Assembly: GCA_030704615.1 (NCBI GenBank)
Contig: CM060731.1
Span: 33,356,001 to 33,420,000 of the forward strand
DNA from: Takakia lepidozioides
Lineage: Eukaryota > Plantae > Bryophyta
Length of the DNA stretch: 64,000 nt
Reading direction: 5' to 3'
The stretch's first letter is position 1. Every line of letters starts with the position of its first letter. The notes beneath the pieces are model-generated. The model was not told where the DNA came from and made no database searches. It saw nothing but the letters and a program-made list of their open reading frames with translations. Shown here piece by piece: positions 51,480 to 61,500 of the stretch. The translations under genes and the position numbers were made by a program.

Positions 51480-52005
51480 TGTATGCCCGTGACCCCACTG
51501 CAGCTGCATCCAATAATACAGCTGGTCCAATCCATGATCGGATCTGATGCACACTGGCCATAACCCTGGCCTTAGAATCCCCCATGAGAGGAACATTCTC
51601 CAGGATATAAACTGGAGATTGTACTTGCCTCACCTGCAAGTCACGCAACACTCGTAACATCTCCCAAAACAGATGTGATCGTGCATCATGCAAACCATTA
51701 CCATGACATACGGGAGAATGTCATTGGCAATGCCACCCTGCTATCACCAAGTCAATGCGACCATGCCGATCCAAATTCTCCGCCCCCAGCAAGGTAATGT
51801 CTGCTGGCAAGGCCTTTTGATACCCTTGAATTGCTGAGAGATGCGACAACTCAGGATACCAGTGTGTGAGCAAGGCGATGTGGCGCATAGAAATACGCCA
51901 AGCTATCTCATCATTCTCCATATACAAGTACTTGCGTACTTTAATCCCAGCTTGCAGCACTCCTGCAAGCCCAGTGCTCATGCCTCCAAACAGGTCTAGC
52001 AATCA
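51480..52005 (-). pseudogene. C5 DNA cytosine methyltransferase domain embedded in Gypsy pol (disrupted)
   Basis: One frame with an internal stop: motif I LLDLFGGMSTG, motif II YMEND, motif III ADI, motif IV IDLVIAGWHCQ*, motif V GLHDARSHLFWEMLRVL, motif VI YILENV, and LLDAAAVGSRA leading into motif VIII. Confidence 0.88.
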
Positions 52006-53989
52006 AATCCCTAAGTCAAATGGTTGCCAGGTAATGGGCACTGTGTCCAAAGGAGCTAACTGAGGAGGTCCAGGTGATGTTACTGAACTCCCCTCGCTCA
52101 CCAATGGATAGACCTCCTGCCATGCTTGGTGCACACACTCGTCTGCTACTCGATGCAAATTCCCAACTGTACCCCACAATGGAATATGAACAGGCACATG
52201 AGGAAGCAAATCAGCCTTGTATGCTAATTGTTTGTTCTCATCAGGTGGTGGTCTATCATCTGCATGGCTATTGCCCCTCCAAGAGCTCATTACCCCAAGC
52301 GACCACCCCTGAGAATGCAACCAATGTGGGCATCACGTTCTTAAGATCCACCGCTACATTCCTAATAAACCGCACTAGGAGCATTGCACGTCGACCATCC
52401 CCTAATTGCCATTCCGGCCTGTAGGATGTTGTTTTCTCCTAAAAGTCCAAAGTAAAGCCCATCGGGTATAACACAACCCCACCAATAAATACATCATAAA
52501 ACATTGCGTCCGTAACAATGGTTTTAGCTCTCATGACAGAGCCATCTATAAGATAATCTGGCTGCAATCGAATGAAGAACTCATGGCGTGTAATCCCTCG
52601 TGCCTTCTCTGAACCGCCCAAAGATGTTTGAATTTGGAAATGGCAAGGCTCCAAATCCGCCTCTGTAAGACCCAAGCCTGCAATTGCTGCTCTCCCCAAC
52701 ATCAATGGCTGTGCTCTTGAGTCCAATAAGACCCGCAGTGGCCTATACTTCCTCCCGGCTGGGCCACCCAACTGAAACACACCATCCTAATTGACTACCC
52801 TAGGAGTTACCATACTATGCTCAATGACTGGTCTAGTTGGCAACTCCTGCAACCTTGCAGCTGCCACTTGCCATGGCGCAACTGCCGTGGTCTTCACCCT
52901 TGAATCTAGGGCAACCATGCACTACACTTTATCCGCTATCCCCGTAGATAGTGCCGATGCATCACCACTCTCACAGAGTGCAGCTGCCAGTCTAAACACT
53001 GCAGCTGGCCACATCCCCGGCATTGCAATTGTCGTGGCAGAAAACAATAGAGCTTGGCAAATTGCCGTAGCCGCCTCTAACAATATACTGGCTGCACCTT
53101 GCTTTGCAGCACCATCCACTGGCATTTCCCGAGCCACACCAACTCTCCCCGGTGGCTCTACCTCTGACACACTTGGACGAGCGAGTGCCATCGATGGCAT
53201 AGTTGGCACTGTCTCAGCCAATGTGAAAGATTGTGGAAGCCTTGTTTGCCGACTTGCTTCCCCTCTTTGTGGATCAAAATCCACACATCCACTCTTCTTG
53301 GCTCAGGAGCACGCGTTGCTACTCGAGTGACAACAGCTGCAGAATCCACATGCAATGGTCATGCAAATGCGGCTCCACACATGAAGCCCATACCAATCTG
53401 GTCTTCCCTGGGCATATGAGGTTGTGCAGGTGGGGCTTGAACCTCAGGCCTTGGAGCTGGCGCATCATGAAACGTGACCATGGTAGCAAGACGTTGCTCT
53501 AGCTGGGCAAGCTTATCCACCATGCCTTGGTCATGACCTTGACCTTGACCCTGTGCTCCTTGGTTTTGGTTACAACCTCCACCACGACCTCTATTTATCT
53601 ACCTCTCTGGACTACAATGCCTCGTCCTCGACCACCATTGTTCACTTGGAACTGGCCTGGCCGTAGCTCAGGATGCAAGTCATAACAATGGGCCTCTTCA
53701 TGCTCATACTTGCCACAAATACCCAAACTATGGTTGTGTAGGCTGTGCCTGTGCCGATTCTTTGCCTCTCTCCAGGCAATCTCTCTTAACATTGGGTCCT
53801 CCACAATCCCAACATGTCGCTCCCGATTGTTGTTGGCCTGAGAATGAAGGAAGTGACCTCTGCAATTGAGATCATTTCTGTCCTTCCCTGGGCTTCGCCT
53901 GAGCCCATTTGTTAGAGAGCTTCGTGTAACTTCCAAAGGCCCCTAGGTGGACTCGACAATGTCATCATATCGATCCTCATCACTAATTA

Positions 53990-54315
53990 GTTAGGATGGA
54001 AGGAAAATGAGGTTGGACCTATGGGTAGGCGACAGGGTTAGGGCCGGGGGCTTTGGATTTCTGGTTTTTGTTCTAATTTTTATTTTTGCTTTATTAGCTT
54101 TTAGTAGCGGGCTTGCACACTTTTCGGGGTTACTACTCTCTATATATACTTCTGTGATTGTCGGCGGGGATTTTATAAACAATCCAAGTCCTTTTTGGTG
54201 AACCACCACCTTAAACCTCAATTTCATGCGATGAGTTGTGGTGCGTCTTAGCCCATCCACCACGGCCCATTGGATTGCGGTGAGCCCCACGACTCCTCAC
54301 AACTCCCACCACAAG
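53990..54315. mobile_element. Partial LTR related to the 48749-49473 solo LTR, opposite orientation
   Basis: 54113-54315 aligns to the reverse complement of about 48997-49200 (TCGGGGTTACTACTC.CTATATATA, GAACCACCAC, CCACCACGG.CCCATTGGA, ACTCCCACCACAAG). Confidence 0.75.
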
Positions 54316-54399
54316 AATGTTTAGCAACCAAAACTCCAAGCTCTGGCCTAATGGTCAAGATGGGAGTTCGAGTCTAGACACGTACACCAAAGTGAATAA

Positions 54400-54627
54400 C
54401 TGAAAAAAAAATTAAAAAAAAAAATTGGGCATTGCGACCCCCTGGCGTCGCTGGGGACGCCCGACGCTGAGGCTGCCATGACTGCGATCCTACGCGTTGA
54501 GGCTGCGACACCCCAGCGTCACAAACTCCAACGACTGTGATGCCCCGGCGTGACAAGAGGCGGAGCGACACTGTCGTTGCTAGCGCGCGTTGGTGGGCTG
54601 TCGCAAACCCCCTCTTTTGCATTAGTG
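54400..54627. mobile_element. CACTA right-end fragment
   Basis: GCGAC/GTCGC subterminal repeats ending GTCGCAAACCCCCTCTTTTGCATTAGTG. Confidence 0.75.
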
Positions 54628-54786
54628 ACCTTCCTTCGGTAAACTTCCCTTCAGATCAGCCCCGGTGTCGCGTCATTCCCACTAGGCTCACTAGGTTCAT
54701 CAGCTTTCAGCCATCCCACTTTCGCTTTTGTTTGCTTGATCCCATTGTGAGGCCAATCTCAAAGACGTTCGCGTACTCAACTCTAA

Positions 54787-54811
54787 GCTCTAATACCAAA
54801 TGTCACGCACC
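54787..54811 (-). other. tRNA-Met primer-binding site next to an LTR end
   Basis: The - strand reads ...GTGCGTGACA tt TGGTATTAGAGC, one transition away from TGGTATCAGAGC. Confidence 0.7.
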
Positions 54812-55715
54812 CACTACAGGAAAAAGGGGGGTTTGCGACACTGCTTGCCCCCTTTTCAGGCGGGGTAGTAGCCCGAATGTGCGATGCTAGGGCGTCGCAC
54901 GTTTGTCGCTGGGCCATCGCACTTTTTACTCCGCATGTGTCATGGTGCACCAGTGATGCAACAGCGTGGTGGACGACCACGAAGTGGGAAGGGCCTTTTT
55001 CTTGCGATGCCACAGTACCGACGTCCAAGGGTCGCAAGGACCTTGCAACCCCTGGACGTCACAGTTTAGGGATACATTTGAATTTATGTGGGAAAATTTG
55101 AATTTCAAAAGTTGAATTTGAATTTGAATATGAAATCTGAATTTTAAAAACTAGTTGACCATTGACTCCCGCGTTGACGTACCACTGGTTCTGTCCAATG
55201 GCAGTTCGTTCATTGTTCTACATATATTAGGCAATGCATACTTAAACCTAGGACCTCCACGTTATAACATTTCTAAGACACTACACACTAATCAACACAT
55301 CTACGATACTGTACATCTATGTATCACAAAAGCATTCTATGTATATATATACATATCAAGATTTCTTCCAGGTACCTTCTAGGGGATCCTTCTTTGACGC
55401 CGGGTAGTTGCAACCTCTGCAATCTTAGTACCTAGCCCCAGCCCCAGCCCCAGCGTCGTCGTCGTTGCTGCAGCCCCAACGCTGGGTGCCTCCAGCGACG
55501 TCTTTGCAACGCCCTAAGCTGGTACGACACCCTAAGCTTGCTGTGATGTCGGGGAGGGGTCGCAAAGCCGAAATAAAAATGAAAATGAGAGGCCTGGGCA
55601 TCATTGCCTCAACAACTATTGCCGCCCCAACAGTTGGCGTCGCAACGCCGGACCTCCCAGCTACTGCTCCCCAAAACAACGGATGTTGTAGCTAGCGTCG
55701 TACCGCTGGGCGCCC
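54812..55715. mobile_element. CACTA element, left end and internal subterminal repeats (right end not found)
   Basis: Starts CACTACAGGAAAAAGGGGGGTTTGCGACAC, same TIR family as 54600-54627; GCGAC/GTCGC repeats at 54830-55070 and 55450-55715. Confidence 0.72.
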
Positions 55716-55729
55716 CCAAGTAAGAGGAA

Positions 55730-56545
55730 AGATATGAATATCTATTGGAGAGAGATGTTGCTTAAGAGCAAGAGCCACCCAAGAAATCGGAGCCCGATCA
55801 GGACTTCCCCGAGGCGCCTCCGGATCCTCAAACGTCCCAGATGCCGCCAGCATTTAACCAAAAGAGCCTTATATGTCTGAGGGTGTTCGAAACCGAAGAA
55901 CGCTCAATATTTGGCTCCTACAGTTAGGGCAGTATTCCCGTGGTAAAGCTTAGTGATGAGGACTAAGTGGAAGTGACTTCTAACTATATGAGGGACTATG
56001 CTCAACAATGGTGACAGAGCGCCTTCAAGACCAAAGACCTACCCTAAAGTTGAGGAGTGGAATGACTTTCAGAAACTCATGAAGAAGCAGTTCGTGCCCC
56101 CTCAACGCGTCTTGGCTCACCTGAGACAAGATCAGGAACTTGAAGTAGACGGATAACTGCATTTTAGATTACGTTCAAGTTTTCAATGTGTTGTTGCTCA
56201 AAGTCGCAGAAGTAAAATGGTCTTCAACTTTGTAACGAGACTCATTCCATGGATGAAGTAAAATTTGGAGGAGAGGCCACCAAAGACTTTGAATGAGGTA
56301 ATTGAAAGAACTGAATGCTTCTCGGAAATCCGTAGGGGCGAAAAACAAGGCCGTATAAAGTGGAACCCCAAGAAGGTCTAGTGGGGAGGGTGATTCATCT
56401 CGATCAAAAAAGAAGTCGGGTAGGCCATGCAGCGACAATGACGCTTGGAAACAAATGGAGCCTTCACACGCAAAGGTGACACTCGGTGCTTCGAAAGGAA
56501 AGTTACACGCGGTTGGACATGGTGGGCAAAATGCCCAATGGCCGG
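55730..56545 (+). pseudogene. Decayed Ty3/Gypsy gag remnant
   Basis: Broken frames LSDED*VEVTSNYMRDYAQQW*, EEWNDFQKLMKKQFVP, DYVQVFN.LLLKV, and a degenerate CF...GH...CP knuckle near 56487-56537. Confidence 0.6.
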
Positions 56546-56741
56546 TCTCGGATGTGACTGCGCCCTATATATAGAGTGTGAACCGGGGTCAAATAATTTG
56601 CTAGGCTGCTTGTTGATATGAATATATGAGAAAATACATCACTGTGGCACCTTTTTAAAAAGGGTGGAATCCCAGGGTTTATCAGGCTCATCTCATCTTT
56701 CATTCTAGGAAGGAAAGCAAGAGAGGAAGCGGCTCCTTGTC

Positions 56742-57694
56742 ATGGCCACCAGTGCTACTGCCGCTTCACTTGAAGAGCAGCAGCTCGCAACCACGGTTTG
56801 TAGCTCACATCCCTGCCCTCGTCGTATTCCTACGTTAAGCTCAAATGTCTCTTTCTGGGTTCTCTTCAGCCATCGGTTTTGTGGGTGAAAATCTGCCCTG
56901 ACCGATGGGGGACTGGGTGTCCAGGTGCACAAGCTGGAGGTGGCCTGTTCAGAGCTCAAAAACTTGCCGGCAACAAGGGTAACCAGACTGCCCCACGTTG
57001 TCTGATTATTGCTGTCTTTTTGCATTGAGGCACCCGTTTGAAGGACATAGAGAGATTGAGAAATACGCAAGGAGGAGTGAGAATATGGGTAGAATTGCAT
57101 CATGCGTGGAACAAGGGCGAGCCATTAAATTCTTCAGGTGTGTTGTCTCATTTGCCATCTAGTGACCAAATGCCTCACAAAGACAACGTTTCCGACAAGG
57201 AGGAGGTTGCACTATTGCAGCTTCGGCCACATTACAATTTAACATAGATCTTGCAGGAGCATGGAGCAAATAGCCACTGAATGGAATGCTTGTTTCTTTA
57301 CAAAAACCTGCAAAAGGGTAGTGTCAGCCCACTGGCCAGGAAGCTGAACTGCCAGTGCTCAGTTGTTGGTGAATTGATGCTTGACAGACAGTGTATGAGA
57401 AGCGTGGTGCAATTTTCTTCCGCACATCATCCAAAGCGGCTACAAGAAATCAGCAAAGTAAGTGGCCTGGTCCCTTATTCGGCTTGAAGCACTTTATCTT
57501 GTATGTCATCTGAGGTCAGGGATTCCATGCACCAAAGTGCCAGTGTTAATGGTTTTGTGTGCAATTGTTTGTTTGTTACCTATTAATGTAATAGAAAACT
57601 ATCCATTGGAATTTGGAAAGGGTTTTTGTGATGTAATGGGCTGGTTGCCTCAGACGAACTGGAGAAAGCAAAGGCCCGTGTCAAGAAGCAGTAA
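56742..57694 (+). CDS. 72-aa ASDURF-like (beta-prefoldin-like) microprotein, 4 small exons; absent from the ORF track
   Basis: Exons 56742-56795, 56925-56978, 57388-57457, 57654-57694 (all GT-AG, 219 nt, in phase) give MATSATAASLEEQQLATTVHKLEVACSELKNLPATRTVYEKRGAIFFRTSSKAATRNQQNELEKAKARVKKQ*. The core EL.NL...R.VY.....IFF matches human ASDURF as recalled. Confidence 0.8.
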
Positions 57695-58046
57695 TCGACC
57701 TAGGCCATTTGTGGGGCAACTTAATTTGATTCAAAAATTGCGCAAGAGCAGCAGGAGTAAGTTTCCCACACTCCATTAGTTCTTGAGCTTGAGCTCCAAT
57801 TCTTTGTGGTCCATGGATTACCAAGTTGAGGTCCTTGGTAATGGTTGGGATTACCCTGGTAGGTTCACCAGGGTCCAGTGTTGCTCCCATGTCTTCTGAG
57901 ATATTGTCTTACTTGCATCTCAAATATCTGGTTGTCCATTCTCCTAGGTTAACGCACTTGCACGTACATCCAGAAGGGAGTTTCAGTGTGTTGATTCTTG
58001 GGGGCGTGCATTCTTGTATGTGCAGGGCGTACCTAACTCAGTAGCT

Positions 58047-60159
58047 ATGGCTTTGAGCATAAGTTGCACTCAAAGCTACAATCCACTGCTGTCTGGTGTG
58101 TTCAGTGGGAGTCCATGTTGTATGTTTGGCTACCTTCACTGTGGCTGGTCCAAGTCAGGGGAAAGGGCAAGGCATCGAACCTCTTCCAGGTATTTAAAAG
58201 TGAGCGAGAAGTCCTTTGGTCCAAGGAGAGCAAGACGTCAGCACTCGGTTGGTGGCGACGATGCAGCATCATGCAAGGGGAAATCCTTGCATGGGGTTGC
58301 TTCCTTGTCATGTTCAAATAAAGCACCAAAACGTGGAAAACTTCATCAGACTGGTGCTCTTCCACCAGGTGATTTCATGCAGAAAAATACTTCAAAAGTT
58401 CCATTAGAGGAAAATCACCTAGTGATGAGGAGTATTGCTCAAATTCGAGTCAACTGTTTGTGCATTATCCACTGCTATCCCTGCTATCCCCACTAGTCTG
58501 CCAGGTGGAAACCAGACTGATAATGCTTGCTTCCGAGCCAATCCGTGGGGTGAAGTAATATGACTGCTGATGTTCCATCATTCAGAGCAAGGAATGTTTG
58601 AAAAATTGTGACCTGGACCTAGTGGACCTCTAAAGATAGACACTAGCTCAACAAAGTGAGGGGTAACGGGGTTGTGCTAGGGGGCCTGCAAGTGCTACAC
58701 CTTACTTTGGCCCCAGTGGTATGGTATGTGCCAAGCCATTTTCTCTCATTGTTCAAGGAGGCCAAGAACTCCTTTCATATCAACTACGACTTCTCAACAC
58801 CCAAAATATGTGCATTTATATATTGCCACAAGAAGGCCTAAATTCCTTAGGTTTACTGATTGAGGGACCAGATTGGTAAGAGTGGACTGTGTAATATCTA
58901 TACACCATGAATCTTCTGTGGGATGGCTACTAATACTGAGGTGGATTTAATGAAAGTTACCAGGTGTGATGGATGGAGAGGACGATGAAGAAAATTGTCC
59001 ATGGGAAGGTGCTATAGTTTTTAAACGAAGTGCTGTGCAGACGCGCTTTGAGTATGAAACTTCGCTGGAAAGACTTGGTCTCTCCAGACTGTCATCTGAG
59101 CTCTCAAGGTCTTTGGCTTCATCCATGGGGCTCAAAACTGTTGTTATGGAAGGAGAGGCTTCATCTGTCACCCCAGTAGGGATCTCTATCGATGTGTCTA
59201 GAGAAGGGAGAGATCTCCGCCTTGATGGAATCACTCGGACAGCGATCGCCCTATGTTGCAACCGGTAAGTCAAGTTCCAATGAGCTCATTGTCATCGGAA
59301 GCTTTCTGTCAGGTTGTTGAAAACCATAGTAGTATAATTTGCTTTTACCTTCTAACTGCACCCTCATGTCTCAGGTGTGGCTGTTGTAAAAATGCATCTA
59401 GAGGATTTTGATGTTTGTGATGGCTGGAATCTTGATCAGCTTCTTCCCTCCTTGGCCACGTCTCTTTTGGGGGAAAAAGAAAGAAAGGACAGTTTGTTAA
59501 CGTTCAGGAAAAGGTATGTATATATTTTTTATGGCTGAAGTCAAATGTTGTGTCACCCTGTTTTTCCTGACCATTGGAGACAGTAGCAACTCTTGGAAAA
59601 TCGGCTCCTCCTGTCTGTCATCCCCTCAGACTAAGAGATTCACGGTCCAAAATACGAAACACAAAGGGAGAGGCAAGGAGAGGGATGAAAGCAATATATG
59701 TGAACCATGTGCAGATGTCTAGCACCAGTTGCCGAGCGTGTGTTTGCGAGCTTCAGCCTTCTTCTCACAGTCACCCCTGTGACTGAGCCAGTGCAACAGA
59801 CGGTGGGGGTGGTACTGGGAGGCAGGGGGCAGTTCGGGATTGAGGCAGAAGATGAGCAAGGCGATGTGGAGCTGGACCTTGACTTGGATGACAAGCTTCA
59901 CTTCCCAAGTGATACAAAAGAGATTGATATTTCGAAGTATTTGCGTGACACAGTTCACCTTGAAGTTCCTGCCAAATCCTTATGTGAGGTCTCTTGTAAA
60001 GGATTCTGCTTGGATTGTGGGGTCAATCTTAACAAAGTGGCTTGTAAGTGTGGGAACTTGAAGAAGATGAAGAATGAGGGTGTTTGGGGACCGTTAGAGC
60101 AACTGAAGAGGCAAATGGAAGATCAACAAGGTAATCCTGAAGGGCCACATCCAAGCTAG
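58047..60159 (+). CDS. DUF177/YceD family protein (plastid large-subunit rRNA accumulation), 3 coding exons
   Basis: Exons 58047-58368, 58964-59264, 59715-60159. Ser/Arg-rich transit-like N-terminus; PWEGA..FKR, TSLERLGL, LRLDGI.RT.I.L.CNRC, EIDISKYLRD.VHLE, C...CKG.C..CG.NLN...C.C, WGPL. Confidence 0.92.
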
Positions 60160-61500
60160 GTAAAATCAAGTTGGTTATGTTAAGATGATATTGAAGAACC
60201 TCTTTGTAGTTTCCACTCTTGGATTACAAGAGTTGGTGTTTGTTGGCCCTGCCTTTCTAAGGCGGGACTTGCGATTAAGTTTCGAATTAGATCAGGACAG
60301 GTGTCATGGGAATATTTCATCCATATCTATAATTGCATAAAATCCCTGGATGAATAGTTTTATGCAAGCGTACATACGTCTACCAGGCCGATATTCTCTC
60401 CCCAAGGAAGACAATGACTTGTATTTCCTCCTATCCTCTTTGCTCTCATTGAAATTTCTGATCCGCGTAATGGAAGACTTCTGTGAGGACACGGTAAAAG
60501 ATGCTAATGAGTGGTTTTTGCCTTGTTGTTTGCACCAGTTGAAGGTCCTGTGATTGAACCAGACAGCTTACACTTTGGGGTATCAGAAAATTCGTGTTGA
60601 ATTACTATCACATAGGCATAGACTTGTACAAATATCCCCAAGCCATGCTCATTCCCCTAGAGCTAGTCTGTCTAATGTTCATTGGAGAGCTTTGTCTGCC
60701 CATTGAGGCATAACTGCGGGTTGATGAAGGGCTCAGCTACAAGGAAAATGAAGAGCATTTTTCTTCAGTAAAGACGACAGCCACTAGTTTTCCTCAGCAC
60801 AATTTGCTCCAAGTATTTGGAGAAGATGAAGAATCAGATGCTAATATGGTCAGCAGGATTATCCTCGTGATTTTGAGCTCCTAGATTGCATCATGAGTAA
60901 TCAATGCAACATTCGGCGGGAGAAGAATGCACATGCATTTGTTGCTTCCATCAAGTTTTGTTAAATTGATATTCACAAACTGCAGTTTAAAATTCCTAGT
61001 ATGACATTTGTATTGATTTCACATGAATGTCAGCATGAAAACACTGGTAATGGAAGGTACAAGCCTACAAGTAGTGACTATTGCAATAGGTGCAGGATCT
61101 CCTACTCACCACTGCATCGAAACACTTCCACCTTACGTACAGGAGAATATATCAGACCTTTTATTGAGAAGCAAGGTTGGTGCAATCGGAGTTCGTATTC
61201 ACTTCCAAACTTTTAGAAATAGAAGGCTCGCCCAGGGCCCCAAAAAACATGGCCAAACAATGACAGGGCAATAATAATGAATGTATTGTGTCACCATTAA
61301 GATTGTAGAAGGATTGACAATAACTGGAATTGCCCATTGCACAATTCACTACCCATGGCAATTAGTGTGCCCAATAAAAAGAGAGCACAGCATAAATCGT
61401 CCAACTGATTGTCTGGCATCTAATCAGAAAGCATATGAGGCGGCAAATCTCGATTCAATAATCAAAATAAGTGTGTACAATTCTTAGCTGATCATACTCC

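Larger units (their letters stand above)
48101..53985 (-). mobile_element. Decayed Ty3/Gypsy retrotransposon internal region: gag(ZnK)-PR-DNMT-RT-RH-IN
   Basis: Zn knuckles CWDCGGPNVKRDC (~53776-53814) and ICGKYEHEEAHC (~53685-53720); protease VLLDSRAQ (52439-52780); C5-MTase motifs (51480-52005); RT MCVDYRPMN, LPFGLKNAP, CYIDDII (50431-51300); RNase H VAYASRS..YSSYEGECLA (50140-50411); integrase HKKLGHFG..CMVC, WSLHFAGPL, LTDQG, HPEADGLAE. Many stops and frameshifts; own LTRs not found. Confidence 0.93.

Noticed and set aside
52791-53330. 179-aa Ala-rich + strand ORF
   Set aside because: Antisense shadow of the Gypsy gag-protease linker; no independent motif.
54340-54378. tRNA/SINE-like A box (TGGCCTAATGG) and B box (GTTCGAGTC)
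   Set aside because: Boxes are only about 11 bp apart and no cloverleaf forms; at most a deleted relic.
57038-57247. 69-aa ORF as an exon of the microprotein gene
   Set aside because: It lies inside intron 2 of the ASDURF-like model and would interrupt the conserved R.VY...IFF segment.
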